Positions 8,789 to 18,409 of a DNA stretch of 64,000 nucleotides are shown one piece after another. This DNA comes from Candidatus Omnitrophota bacterium (GTDB taxonomy: Bacteria; Omnitrophota; Gorgyraeia; 2-01-FULL-45-10): contig JBAZNZ010000004.1 of the NCBI GenBank assembly GCA_041648975.1, positions 1,779 through 65,778 on the forward strand, in the 5' to 3' direction. A program made the translations under genes and the position numbers. The notes below the pieces were generated by a model that searched no databases, was not told the DNA's origin, and saw only the letters and a list, made by a program, of their open reading frames with translations. Within the stretch, counting starts at the first letter, position 1; each line of letters begins with the position of its first letter.

Positions 8789-10215
8789 TCCCCCAGGACC
8801 TTTTTAAGAATCTTATTCACGACCGCGGGATTCGCTTTGCCTTTCGTCTGCCTCATGACCTGCCCAACGAGGAAAGTGAACGCGTTCTTCTTCCCGAGCC
8901 TGTAATCATCGACTGATTTTTTATTAACCTCCAGAACAGCCTTCACCGCTTCCTCCAGCTTCCCGGCGTCGCTTATCTGAGACATCCCCTTGCTCTTCAC
9001 GATCTCATGCGGTTCTGTTCCGGTCTCGATCGCCTCCGCAAGAACCGACTTCGCCATCTTTCCGCTTATAGTGCCGTCGTCGATCATCTTTATCAGGCCC
9101 ACCAGCCCTTCAGGCGGAACCTTCAGTTCCTTTATCGATATTCCCTTCGTATTCAGGTGGGCCATGATATCGCCCGTAATCCAGTTCGTCAGCGCCTTTG
9201 CGCCGGTATATAGTTTTACGCATTCTTCAAAATAATCGGCCAGGTCTATCTCGCTCGTCAGGACATTGGCGTCGTACTCGGAAAGGCCGAGATCCTTCTT
9301 ATACCTCTCTGACCTCGTCTCCGGCAGCTCGGGCATCTGGTCGAGAGCCTTCCGGACGACCTTAGCGTCGACTACAAAAGGGACAAGGTCAGGTTCGGGA
9401 AAATACCTGTAATCCTCGGCGTACTCCTTGGAGCGCATCGATACGGTGACCTGCTTTTCCGCGTCCCACAACCTCGTCTCCTGGACGATCTTCTCGCGGT
9501 CCGCCATTGCCGAGACCTGCCGCTTCGATTCATGCTCGAGGGCGAGCCTCACGCCTTTGAATGTATTCATGTTCTTGACTTCGACTTTCGTGCCGAGGAC
9601 CTTCTCACCCTGCGGCCTGATCGATATATTCGCGTCACACCTGAGCGAACCCTTCTCCATATCGCAATCCGACACCTTTAGATACTGCAGTATCGATTTC
9701 AGCCGCGTCAGGTAATCATAAGCTTCGTCCGGCGCGCTCAGGTCGGGTTCCGTCACTATCTCCAGAAGCGGCATTCCGCTGCGGTTATAATCGACGAGGC
9801 TGTAACTCTCGCCTTCCGGATGAATAAGCTTGCCCGCGTCCTCTTCGAGGTGGACGCGCTTTACCCTGATGCGCTTCTTCGCGCCCCGGGGGGCTATGTC
9901 GACGTATCCGTCGTAAGAGAGCGGCATATCATACTGCGATATCTGGAAATTTTTCGGCAGATCCGGATAGTAGTAGTTCTTCCTGTCGAACTTAATAAGT
10001 TTCTGTATCTTGCAGTTAAGGGCAAGCGCGACTTTTATCGAATAGAAGAACGCCTCTTCGTTCAACACGGGCAGGCTTCCCGGAAAACCCATGCATACCG
10101 GACAGACCTGAGAATTCGGCCTCTGTCCGAATTTCGTCGCGCATCCGCAGAACGCTTTAGTCTGCGTCGCAAGCTGCAGGTGGACCTCAAGCCCTATTAC
10201 TGTCTCGTATGTCAT
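8785..10215 (-). CDS. gatB: Asp-tRNA(Asn)/Glu-tRNA(Gln) amidotransferase subunit B
   Basis: MTYETVIGLEVHLQL...CGC...CPVCMG GatB signature, full length. Confidence 0.95.
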   Translation of the reverse strand: MTYETVIGLEVHLQLATQTKAFCGCATKFGQRPNSQVCPVCMGFPGSLPVLNEEAFFYSIKVALALNCKIQKLIKFDRKNYYYPDLPKNFQISQYDMPLSYDGYVDIAPRGAKKRIRVKRVHLEEDAGKLIHPEGESYSLVDYNRSGMPLLEIVTEPDLSAPDEAYDYLTRLKSILQYLKVSDCDMEKGSLRCDANISIRPQGEKVLGTKVEVKNMNTFKGVRLALEHESKRQVSAMADREKIVQETRLWDAEKQVTVSMRSKEYAEDYRYFPEPDLVPFVVDAKVVRKALDQMPELPETRSERYKKDLGLSEYDANVLTSEIDLADYFEECVKLYTGAKALTNWITGDIMAHLNTKGISIKELKVPPEGLVGLIKMIDDGTISGKMAKSVLAEAIETGTEPHEIVKSKGMSQISDAGKLEEAVKAVLEVNKKSVDDYRLGKKNAFTFLVGQVMRQTKGKANPAVVNKILKKVLGE

Positions 10216-10221
10216 ATCATA

Positions 10222-10280
10222 ATTGTGTAATGTTTATTGTGTAAAGTGTAATGCAAGTTTAATGTTTTATTGTGTAACGG
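10222..10280. repeat. TGTGTAA heptamer array, left arm flanking Avd-like gene 2
   Basis: tgtgtaa tgtttat tgtgtaa agtgtaa ... tgtgtaacgg, then GGAAAATT. Confidence 0.8.
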
Positions 10281-10284
10281 AAAA

Positions 10285-10656
10285 TTATACAGACGCTATA
10301 AGCTTCCCGAGCATATTACATATATGGATACAATTTTGTCTCAGTCCCGTGTGGCGCTGTTCTGAAATAATATTTTGCCTGGCCAGTATAGTCAGCATAG
10401 GAATACATTCTCGTGCAGAATTCAAAGAGATGCGATAGAATTGAGTCTTTTCTCTCTTCGATAATTTACCACTGCCCTCTGCCATATTATTAACTATCGA
10501 TAGAGATGCTCTGCGTAATTGATCCGCCAGGGAGAATTGGTAATCCCGCGGCAATTCTTTTGTCACATTAAATATATCCTGCACAAATTCTAATCCCATC
10601 CCATACACTTTTAATCTTTCAAAATCAAATATATATAGTTCTTTTTCATTATACAT
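10285..10656 (-). CDS. Four-helix-bundle protein (23S rRNA IVS / Avd-like family), second copy
   Basis: Family pattern (FERLKVYGMGLEFVQDIF ... NMAEGSGK). Sits exactly between two inverted TGTGTAA arrays. Confidence 0.8.
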   Translation of the reverse strand: MYNEKELYIFDFERLKVYGMGLEFVQDIFNVTKELPRDYQFSLADQLRRASLSIVNNMAEGSGKLSKREKTQFYRISLNSARECIPMLTILARQNIISEQRHTGLRQNCIHICNMLGKLIASV

Positions 10657-10667
10657 AGCAACATTCC

Positions 10668-10704
10668 ACCATCATTACACATTACACCTTACACATTACA
10701 CAAA
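10668..10704. repeat. TTACACA heptamer array, right arm flanking Avd-like gene 2
   Basis: cattacac attacac cttacac attacac aaat. Confidence 0.8.
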
Positions 10705-12146
10705 TCTGGCTTTCTTCTATGGTGTTCTGTCGACTGCTCAAACGCGTACGCCGCGCGCAATATCGTCTCTTCATCGAACGCCTTCCCTATCACCTGCAGC
10801 CCTATCGGGAGCCCCGCCTTAGTGAAACCGCACGGCACCGATATCGCGGGAAGCCCCGCCAGGTTCGCGGGAATAGTAAATACGTCCGAGAGATACATGC
10901 TTATCGGGTCTTCGGACCTTTCTCCGATCTTAAACGCGGCTGTAGGCGACGTCGGAGTGACGATGCAGTCGCAGTTATTCTCAAAAGCCTTCTCAAAATC
11001 CTCTTTAATCTTCGTCCTGACTTTCAAGGCTTTCACATAATACGCGTCGTAGTAACCCGTCGAAAGGCAATAGGTCCCGAGAAGGATCCTGCGCTTAGCC
11101 TCATCGCCGAAACCCTGCGAGCGCGTTTTGATATACATATCTATCATGTCTTTCGGGTCTTCCGCGCGGAGCCCATATTGGACGCCGTCGAAACGCGCGA
11201 GGTTCGAGCTCGCCTCTGCCGGACCGATAATATAGTAAGTGCTGACCGCGTATTCGGTGTGCGGCAGGCTTATCTCTACGATCCTGGCGCCGAGGCCTTT
11301 CAACACCTCAATGGCTCCCCTCACGCCTTTTTCTACCTCTTCCTCGATACCCTTTATGAAATATTCTTTCGGGACGCCGAGGCGCATCCCTTTTATGTCT
11401 TTGACGAGCGACTTCGTGTAGTCAGGCACCGGCGCGTCGACAGACGTTGAATCCATCTCATCGTGGCCCGCGATCACGCCAAGGAGAAGCGCGGCGTCCT
11501 CCACGTCCTTTGTTATCGGCCCTATCTGGTCTAGGCTGGAGGCGAACGCAATGAGCCCGTAACGGGAGACCCTGCCGTATGTCGGCTTCATACCGACGAC
11601 CCCGCAGAGGCTCGCGGGCTGTCGTATAGATCCGCCCGTGTCGGAACCGAGGGCGAGTATCGTCTCATCGGAGGCGACTGCCGCGGCGCATCCTCCGCTC
11701 GAACCGCCGGGGATCCTGTTAATATCCCACGGGTTCTTCGTCGGACCGTAGCAGGACGTCTCGCATGACGAGCCGAACGCGAACTCGTCCATGTTCGCCT
11801 TCCCTATCAGGATCGCGCCCTCTTCGTTCATCTTCCTGATCACGGTCGCGTCGTACGGCGGCTTGAAGCCTTTCAATATCCTCGAGCAGCAAGTCGTCTC
11901 TTCTCCCAGGACGCACATATTGTCTTTTACCAGGACCGGGATGCCGGAGAGCCTCCCGCGCTTATTGGCCTGGGTCTTTGCGCGCTCGACCGCCTTCTCC
12001 TTGCCCGGAAGCGCGAATGCCCTGATGCTCGGCTCGACAGCGCTTATCCTGTCGAAAAGCTCGTCGACTATCTTAGACGGCTGCAACCCTTCGCCGCTGA
12101 TCAGTTTTTTCAGTTCATGGGCCGTCAATGAATACAATTTTTCCAT
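10689..12146 (-). CDS. gatA: Glu-tRNA(Gln) amidotransferase subunit A
   Basis: Amidase signature GGSSGG...SLDQIGP, full length, between gatC and gatB. Confidence 0.95.
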   Translation of the reverse strand: MEKLYSLTAHELKKLISGEGLQPSKIVDELFDRISAVEPSIRAFALPGKEKAVERAKTQANKRGRLSGIPVLVKDNMCVLGEETTCCSRILKGFKPPYDATVIRKMNEEGAILIGKANMDEFAFGSSCETSCYGPTKNPWDINRIPGGSSGGCAAAVASDETILALGSDTGGSIRQPASLCGVVGMKPTYGRVSRYGLIAFASSLDQIGPITKDVEDAALLLGVIAGHDEMDSTSVDAPVPDYTKSLVKDIKGMRLGVPKEYFIKGIEEEVEKGVRGAIEVLKGLGARIVEISLPHTEYAVSTYYIIGPAEASSNLARFDGVQYGLRAEDPKDMIDMYIKTRSQGFGDEAKRRILLGTYCLSTGYYDAYYVKALKVRTKIKEDFEKAFENNCDCIVTPTSPTAAFKIGERSEDPISMYLSDVFTIPANLAGLPAISVPCGFTKAGLPIGLQVIGKAFDEETILRAAYAFEQSTEHHRRKPDLCNV

Positions 12147-12497
12147 CTATTTGCCTTCTATCCTTCGACGGGGCTCAGGATAGAATCCTGAGCTTTTGCC
12201 GAAGGATTCTATTATCTGCGGAACTTTAAAAAAGTCGCCTTCTTTCGATGGCGCGTTCTTGAGGGCCTCTTCCGGCTTTAACGATCCCTTAGGCGCGTCT
12301 TTCCTGAAGACGTTCTTAAGGCTCGCCAAAGGGTGGCTTGTAGGCTGGACGTTATCGGTGCTTAATTGATTTAATTTGCTTATATAAGATAATATAGATT
12401 CCAATTGTCCGGAATAAGAGCTAAGCTCTTTGTCGCTAAGACGAAGCCTGGCGAGAAGAGCGACATGTTTTACGGTCTCTTTGTCAATCTTTGGCAT
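12147..12497 (-). CDS. gatC: Glu-tRNA(Gln) amidotransferase subunit C
   Basis: ETVKHVALLARLRLSDKEL GatC pattern; start of the gatCAB operon. Confidence 0.9.
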   Translation of the reverse strand: MPKIDKETVKHVALLARLRLSDKELSSYSGQLESILSYISKLNQLSTDNVQPTSHPLASLKNVFRKDAPKGSLKPEEALKNAPSKEGDFFKVPQIIESFGKSSGFYPEPRRRIEGK

Positions 12498-12545
12498 AAT
12501 ATTATTACCTTTTGATATACCTTACCACAGTATATCGAGAATGTC

Positions 12546-12563
12546 AAATTTGCGTGCAAATTT
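12546..12563. promoter_or_regulatory. Palindromic operator-like site 1 upstream of gatC (AAATTTGC-GT-GCAAATTT), overlapping a TTGACA -35
   Basis: Perfect 8-bp arms with a 2-nt spacer. Minus strand reads ...aaatTTGACAttc. Confidence 0.4.
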
Positions 12564-12568
12564 GATAC

Positions 12569-12607
12569 TGAGGCATCGAAAAAAATGCGACTAGCGAGAG
12601 CATTTTT
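12569..12607 (-). terminator. Hairpin between the two operator-like sites (possible rsmA terminator or attenuator)
   Basis: ggcatcGAAAAAAATGCgactagcgagaGCATTTTTAgatgcc: 8-bp inner stem plus 6-bp outer stem. Weak U-tract. Confidence 0.25.
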
Positions 12608-12626
12608 AGATGCCGAAGTATCTTTA

Positions 12627-12646
12627 AAATTTGCGTGTAAATTTGG
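12627..12646. promoter_or_regulatory. Palindromic operator-like site 2 (AAATTTGCGTGTAAATTTGG), near-direct repeat of site 1, 80 bp away
   Basis: aaatttgcgtgtaaattt differs from site 1 (aaatttgcgtgcaaattt) by one substitution (C to T). Lies at the rsmA stop. Confidence 0.35.
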
Positions 12647-12648
12647 TA

Positions 12649-13488
12649 TCAATCGATTGAGTTCGCGATCCGCGCGAAGTCGGCGAGGCTTAAAGATTCC
12701 GGCCGGGAGGCCGGATCTACGGCTATCTTTTCTAATATCGAGGAAAGGCGCTCTTTTGGGATGCCGAGGACCTCTTCCCTGGAGAGGGAATTTATTATCG
12801 ACTTGCGCCTCTGGTTAAAAGATCCTCTTATGACCTTAAAAAGCGCTCCGTCATCCTTCGCCTCTACGGAAGGCCTGTCCAGGATATCGAGCCTTACCAG
12901 GCTTGAATCGATGTCAGGCGACGGATAAAAAGACGTCCTCTTTATTTTGTATATATGCTTTGGTCTTGTATAGTATTGGATAAAACAGCTGAGCGAGCTG
13001 TAATCTTTCGCGCCCGGTTCTGCCAGGATGCGGTCGGCAAACTCTTTCTGGACCACCATCACCACATATTTTATCGACAATCTGTTATCGATCAGGCACT
13101 CGATGATCGGGGTCGTGATATAATACGGCAGGCACCCCACCACTTTAAGCTTGCCCGCGGCGGAGGCCTTTTTGATGTCGAATTTCAATATGTCTTCGTT
13201 AAAGATACGCAGGCTGGGAAAGTCGTCTCCGATTATCTCTTCAAGTATGCCGTATGCCTTCTTATCCTTTTCCACCGCGGTCACGGCCGCGCCGGAACGC
13301 GCGAGGTCTATCGTAAGCGCGCCAAGCCCCGGGCCTATCTCCAGGACTCTATCGCCGGATAAGGCGCCCGCCTCGGATATTATCTTATCCCTTATATTCC
13401 CATCGATGAGATAGTTCTCTCCAAGCCTCTTCAAAGGCCTGAATCCGTATTTCGCAAACACTTCTTTTAGCTGAGTCTTGGTTAACAT
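12649..13488 (-). CDS. rsmA: 16S rRNA (adenine1518/1519-N6)-dimethyltransferase
   Basis: KRLGENYLID...LEIGPGLGALT KsgA/RsmA motifs. Confidence 0.95.
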   Translation of the reverse strand: MLTKTQLKEVFAKYGFRPLKRLGENYLIDGNIRDKIISEAGALSGDRVLEIGPGLGALTIDLARSGAAVTAVEKDKKAYGILEEIIGDDFPSLRIFNEDILKFDIKKASAAGKLKVVGCLPYYITTPIIECLIDNRLSIKYVVMVVQKEFADRILAEPGAKDYSSLSCFIQYYTRPKHIYKIKRTSFYPSPDIDSSLVRLDILDRPSVEAKDDGALFKVIRGSFNQRRKSIINSLSREEVLGIPKERLSSILEKIAVDPASRPESLSLADFARIANSID

Positions 13489-13507
13489 GTTTTAGTTCAA
13501 ACAACTT

Positions 13508-13648
13508 TGTGCAATGTGTAAAGTTTAATGTGTAATGTTGGTGTAAAGTAATCATGTGTAATGGAAAATTCGCTCAATTCAATCTTTTTTCATTACACAA
13601 TAATCCATTAAACCTGCTTTACACATTACACATCTAACATTACACAAA
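13508..13648. repeat. Palindromic TGTGTAA/TTACACA array with no gene at its centre (empty site), between rsmA and pdxA; supplies the pdxA stop codon
   Basis: About 8 TGTGTAA-type units, centre ggaaaattcgctcaattcaatctttttt, about 8 TTACACA units. The last unit ttacacaaaagtg contains the pdxA TAA. Confidence 0.85.
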
Positions 13649-14614
13649 AGTGTTATGCGTACAAAGCCGGTATGCCAGGAGAATCGCCTCGATCATCGAT
13701 GATGGGTCGGCCGTCCCTTTGCCCGCTATGTCAAACGCCGTCCCGTGGTCGGGGGAGGTCCTGACGAACGGCAAGCCTATGGTCAGATTAACGCCATCCT
13801 TAAAATATAGCAGCTTGAACGGTATAAGGCCCTGGTCGTGGTACATGGCAACGACCGCGTCGTACTTCCCGTTCATTAGATCGGCAAATATCACGTCGGC
13901 CGGGATCGGGCCGCTTATCCGGCCGACCTTTGCCGTGGCTTTCTCTATGGCGGGGATTATCGCCTTATCTTCTTCGTCGCCAAAGGCGCCGTTCTCGCCC
14001 GCATGCGGATTTAATCCCGAGACCCCTATGCGTGGATCTTTTATGTTGAAATATTCGCGCAGGTATTTATGGGTTATGCATATCGTCCTGCATATCGGCT
14101 CCACTGCAAGACTTCCAGGCACGCGCCTTAACGCGATGTGTCTGGTCACGAGCGTGATCTTAAGCCTGCCGCCGACGAACATCATCGCGAAATTCTTCGA
14201 GCCCGTCTTTTCAGCGAGATACTCGGTGTGTCCCTCGAACTTTTTAATTCCGGCCATCCTTATGGACATCTTGTTTACGGGAGCGGTTACGAGAGCGTCG
14301 GCTTCGCCCTTACGCAGGAGCCGGATGGCAGCGTCCAGATATCCTATCGCGGCTTTTCCAAAGACCGGGCTCTGAACGCCGTATTTAAAAGAGGCTGCAG
14401 GTACATTGGCTAGGTCTAAGAGCTCACACTTAAACTTCAGGGCCATGTCGCCCGCCGTCCTGTCCAGGGCGGCCCTGTCCCCTATAAGCAAAAAATCGGC
14501 AAGCCCTTTTATCTTTGGACTTGCCAGCGCCTTGAGGGTCACTTCCGGCCCTACGCCGGACGGGTCACCCATAGTAATGACTATCTTTTTTTTATTTGAA
14601 CGCGATGTATGCAT
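13640..14614 (-). CDS. pdxA: 4-hydroxythreonine-4-phosphate dehydrogenase
   Basis: IVITMGDPSGVGPEV PdxA N-terminus; surA-pdxA-ksgA synteny. Confidence 0.9.
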   Translation of the reverse strand: MHTSRSNKKKIVITMGDPSGVGPEVTLKALASPKIKGLADFLLIGDRAALDRTAGDMALKFKCELLDLANVPAASFKYGVQSPVFGKAAIGYLDAAIRLLRKGEADALVTAPVNKMSIRMAGIKKFEGHTEYLAEKTGSKNFAMMFVGGRLKITLVTRHIALRRVPGSLAVEPICRTICITHKYLREYFNIKDPRIGVSGLNPHAGENGAFGDEEDKAIIPAIEKATAKVGRISGPIPADVIFADLMNGKYDAVVAMYHDQGLIPFKLLYFKDGVNLTIGLPFVRTSPDHGTAFDIAGKGTADPSSMIEAILLAYRLCTHNTFV

Positions 14615-15560
14615 TCTTCTTGAGGCCTTCTATCCACCCCTTTACCTTTTCATTCGTCTTCTCCCTGTACAGAGCCTCCTCCACGTCCCGACGGGCTTCA
14701 TTCAGGGTAAGCGTCCTGGCAGGCCTCTTCTCGTCGATCTTGAATATATGATAACCGAGGCTCGTCTGGATGACATCAGAGACCTCGCCTTCGTTCATAT
14801 TGAAGACCGCTTTCTCTATTTCCGGGAGCAGGTCTCCTCTCTTCACATATCCCATGAGCCCGCCCTCTTGCGCGCCCGGGCCTTCCGAGTAGGAACTCGC
14901 CAATTCCGAAAAATCTCCGCCCTCTTTAAGCTTCCCGGAGATCTCCCTGGCCAGTTCCAGCGCCTTATTGATATCGGTCCCCTCCTTGACCCTTATAAGT
15001 ATATTACGAAGCTTCAAAGCTTCTTCCTGGGAAAAATCGTCCAGGTGGTTGTTGTAATAATTATTCACCTCGACGGGCGTAATAGATATTGTGCTTCCGA
15101 CCTTCATGTCCATCATCTTCCGCGTCATTATCTGTTCCCTGTACCGGCCCTTAAGCTCCTTCAATGTAAGGCGCTGGCTTGCCAGCGCTTCCTCGAAGAC
15201 CTCCTGAGAACCGAAACGCCTCTTCGCGTCTGCGACCTTCTCCTCTACCTCCCTGTCATCCACTGTTATGTTCTGTTTTTTGGCCTCGCTGAGGACGAGG
15301 CGGTCTTCTATCAGGCGTTCTACCGCTTTTTGTCTGGCATCTTCCAACTTTGCCATGAGCGCTTCGCCGCTGTATACCGTCTTGAATTTATCATATACGG
15401 GGACGAGCATGCCCTCTATCTCGCTGTCACAGATTATCTCGTCGTTCACCACTATCGCTATCTTATCCACGACCTCGGCATATCCCGGGTTCGCCGCGCA
15501 TATGGCCGATCCGATAATTACGGCCGGCAGAATCAGCATTTTAGCATTAATTTTTCTCAA
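14592..15560 (-). CDS. surA: SurA-like periplasmic chaperone / PpiC-type peptidyl-prolyl isomerase
   Basis: Signal peptide, SurA N-domain and a parvulin domain (VSDVIQTSLGYHIFKI). Confidence 0.75.
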   Translation of the reverse strand: MRKINAKMLILPAVIIGSAICAANPGYAEVVDKIAIVVNDEIICDSEIEGMLVPVYDKFKTVYSGEALMAKLEDARQKAVERLIEDRLVLSEAKKQNITVDDREVEEKVADAKRRFGSQEVFEEALASQRLTLKELKGRYREQIMTRKMMDMKVGSTISITPVEVNNYYNNHLDDFSQEEALKLRNILIRVKEGTDINKALELAREISGKLKEGGDFSELASSYSEGPGAQEGGLMGYVKRGDLLPEIEKAVFNMNEGEVSDVIQTSLGYHIFKIDEKRPARTLTLNEARRDVEEALYREKTNEKVKGWIEGLKKNAYIAFK

Positions 15561-16431
15561 GCTTCTCGCCTTCTTTCTCGCTCACGTCTTCAAGGGACTT
15601 GAAGACATCCTCTTTAATCTCGACTCCGTATTTTTTCTTGAGGTCCATAACGAAGGTATCGAAAAGCTCGCTGCGTTTCTTCTTCTTGAGCTCGCTTTCG
15701 ACAAAACGCCTGGTCTCTTCGTAACTCTGTATCTCCGGCTCTTTCTTGTCCGTCAGCTTTATTATGTGATAGCCGAACTGCGTATGGACGACATCGCTCG
15801 TCTGACCGACCTCAAGTTTCAAACAGGCTTTCTCGAAATCCTCGACAAGCTGCCCCTGCCTGAAATAGCCTACGTCTCCGCCGCGGTCCGCCGTCGCGTC
15901 CATAGAACGCTCTTTCGCGAGGTTCTCGAAGTTAGCGCCCTTGGTAAGCTCATCCAGGATCTCTCTTGCCTCTTTCTCTGTCGTAACCAGGATGTGAGAA
16001 GCCCTCCACATCGCGGGCCCTTTAAAACTCTCCTTATTCTCCTCGTAAAATTTCTTCATCTCGTCTTCCGAGACCTTCGCCTTATCCTCTATCTCGTTCT
16101 TTATAAGCTTGGCTATGAGTATCTTCTTCTTCGCGGCCTCGACGACCTCCTTCACCTCTTTATCATTCTCGACGCCTTTCTTTACGGCTTCCTCATAAAA
16201 CATCATCTCTACTATCGTCTCGTCGAGGAACCTCTTCCTGTTCTTTTCTACCATATTCCTGTAATAGGGAGGCATCTTGGCTATTCTCGACTGCAGCTCT
16301 GCCAGGGTAATGACTTTATTGCCCACCCTGGCGAGTATCTTGTCGCCTGCCGGCGGTTTCTTTGCGCACCCCGCCATAGCCGCTGACGCGATGACGACCG
16401 CAACCGATATATATATAATTATTTTCTTCAT
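15547..16431 (-). CDS. Parvulin-type peptidyl-prolyl isomerase, second SurA-like paralog (likely lipoprotein)
   Basis: N-terminal AMAGC lipobox-like sequence; parvulin core (ASHILV...QFGYHIIKL). Confidence 0.7.
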   Translation of the reverse strand: MKKIIIYISVAVVIASAAMAGCAKKPPAGDKILARVGNKVITLAELQSRIAKMPPYYRNMVEKNRKRFLDETIVEMMFYEEAVKKGVENDKEVKEVVEAAKKKILIAKLIKNEIEDKAKVSEDEMKKFYEENKESFKGPAMWRASHILVTTEKEAREILDELTKGANFENLAKERSMDATADRGGDVGYFRQGQLVEDFEKACLKLEVGQTSDVVHTQFGYHIIKLTDKKEPEIQSYEETRRFVESELKKKKRSELFDTFVMDLKKKYGVEIKEDVFKSLEDVSEKEGEKLEKN

Positions 16432-16482
16432 ATAACCGTTATTGTAGCATTTTAAACGGATTTCTTCAAGGATGTTCCGCTC

Positions 16483-18387
16483 TTACTTTGCCTTGCCATG
16501 TTTTAATCCGTCGATAGCCGATTTCAGGAACCTGCAGTACAGGTCAAATCCTACGGCGTTAATATAACCATGCTGCTCTAACCCTAAGAGGTTACCAGCG
16601 CCCCTTATCTGCAGGTCCTCCATAGCAAGCTTAAAGCCGCTCCCCAGCTCCTGGAACTTCTTTATCGCGTATAGCCTCTTCTGGGATTCCGCGCTCATAA
16701 CGAATTTTTTCGGTATCAATAGATAGGCGTAGGCCTTTTTCGTGAACCTCCCGACTCGGCCGCGCAGTTGGTACAGCTCTGAAAGGCCGAAGGCGTCGGC
16801 CCTGTTGATTATTATCGTATTCGCGTTAGGTATATCTATGCCCGATTCGATGATGGTGGTCGATACGAGGCAGTCGATCTTGCCGTTGATAAATTTCATC
16901 ATCGTATCTTCCAGGGCTTTCTCCGGCATCCTGCCGTGGGCCACCGATATGCTTACGCCGGGCGCCAGGCCGGCGACCGATTTAGCGAGAAGCTCTATGC
17001 CCTTTATCCTGTTATTTACGAAAAATATCTGCCCCGACCTCTTCTTCTCCCTCATGACGGCCTGCTTTATCAACGCGTCGTCGTAGTGCGTGACAACCGT
17101 CTCTACGGGAAGCCTCTCCGACGGCGGCGTGTTAATGACGGATATGTCTCTGCCGCCCATAAGGGCCAGATAAAGCGTCCTCGGTATCGGGGTAGCCGTA
17201 AGCGTAAGGACATCCACGCTGAAACGGAGTTTCTTAAGATATTCCTTATTATGGACGCCGAAACGCTGCTCCTCGTCGATTATCACAAGCCCCAGGTCTT
17301 TGAAAGAGATGTCGCCGGAAAGGAGGCGGTGCGTTCCTATTATTATGTCGACGGTGCCGTCGGATATGCCTTTTATTATGGCCCCCTGTTCCTTATCCGT
17401 CCTGAACCTCGACAACATCTCCACCGTTACGGGGAAATCCTTCATCCTGCCGCTGAATGTATTAAAATGCTGCTCGGCCAATATCGTCGTGGGAACGAGT
17501 ATCGCGACCTGTTTATTGTCCATGACGGCCTTGAACGCGGCCCTGATAGCGACTTCTGTCTTCCCGTATCCGACGTCGCCGCACAAAAGCCTGTCCATCG
17601 GTTTCGCGGATTCCATGTCTTTTTTAACATCCATCGTAGAACGCGCCTGGTCGGGAGTCTCTTTGTACGGGAATTTCTTCTCCATCTCCTTCTGCCAGTC
17701 GGTATCAGCCGAGAATTTGAATCCCGAGACCGTCGAGCGTTTTGCCTGCAGTTCCAAAAGCTCGACAGCTACCTGATGGATACCCTTCTTCGCGTTCTCT
17801 TTCGCGCGCTTCCACAGCTTGGCGCCAAGCTTATGGGTCTTCGGGAGGCGCTTTTCAAACCCGAGATATTTCTGCACTTTATCAAGGTCTTCGAACGGAA
17901 CATAGAGCTTATCGCCGCCGGCATATTCTATGACTAAGTGCTCGACATACTTACCGGCTGTTTTTAGCCTCTCCAGGCCAAGGTACTTCCCGATACCGTG
18001 GTCTATATGGACGACGTAATCGCCGGAGTCAATATCGACGAAGTTGTCTATGGGCGATTCTTCTTCGGTTTCTTCAGACCGCTTCCTTATCTTCCTCCTG
18101 GATATGCCTTTTATCGGCAGTATGATGGCTACGTTATGCTCCTCGACGATCTCATACGTGAGCGGGTCGAGACTCCTTATCTTGCCGACTTTGTCATGCG
18201 AAAATTCGATTCTGAGCGGGTATTCGAACGTTACGGGATATATAGTCAGGGAGTCCCCGATACGGGAAAAGTCGCCTTCCTCGGCGACTCTCTTGCAGGC
18301 GCGGTAACCGAACTCTACGAGCCTTGCGGCAAGAGATTCGATATCAATATCGTTCTCATCGACGCGGATTTTTATTGAGTCAAACAT
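16483..18387 (-). CDS. mfd: Mfd-like transcription-repair coupling factor, short form (RNAP-interacting domain + SF2 translocase, no D1a/D3/D7)
   Basis: RID-like GDYVVHIDHGIGKY...KLYVP; PFEETPDQ-like linker; helicase motifs GDVGYGKTEVA, DEEQRFG, TATPIPRTL, QLRGRVGR. Protein ends right after motif VI. Confidence 0.8.
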   Translation of the reverse strand: MFDSIKIRVDENDIDIESLAARLVEFGYRACKRVAEEGDFSRIGDSLTIYPVTFEYPLRIEFSHDKVGKIRSLDPLTYEIVEEHNVAIILPIKGISRRKIRKRSEETEEESPIDNFVDIDSGDYVVHIDHGIGKYLGLERLKTAGKYVEHLVIEYAGGDKLYVPFEDLDKVQKYLGFEKRLPKTHKLGAKLWKRAKENAKKGIHQVAVELLELQAKRSTVSGFKFSADTDWQKEMEKKFPYKETPDQARSTMDVKKDMESAKPMDRLLCGDVGYGKTEVAIRAAFKAVMDNKQVAILVPTTILAEQHFNTFSGRMKDFPVTVEMLSRFRTDKEQGAIIKGISDGTVDIIIGTHRLLSGDISFKDLGLVIIDEEQRFGVHNKEYLKKLRFSVDVLTLTATPIPRTLYLALMGGRDISVINTPPSERLPVETVVTHYDDALIKQAVMREKKRSGQIFFVNNRIKGIELLAKSVAGLAPGVSISVAHGRMPEKALEDTMMKFINGKIDCLVSTTIIESGIDIPNANTIIINRADAFGLSELYQLRGRVGRFTKKAYAYLLIPKKFVMSAESQKRLYAIKKFQELGSGFKLAMEDLQIRGAGNLLGLEQHGYINAVGFDLYCRFLKSAIDGLKHGKAK

Positions 18388-18409
18388 ATATCATGCAGGA
18401 AACACCTTT

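Noticed and set aside
13508-13648. Possible CRISPR array (short direct repeats)
   Set aside because: Units are 7-10 bp with no unique spacers, and the arrays are palindromic. No cas genes. These are repeat arrays of another kind.
14406-16386. Long plus-strand ORFs (398 aa and 372 aa)
   Set aside because: Antisense shadows of the two surA-like PPIase genes, which have clear parvulin motifs.
16936-17937. 333-aa plus-strand ORF
   Set aside because: Antisense to the mfd-like helicase.
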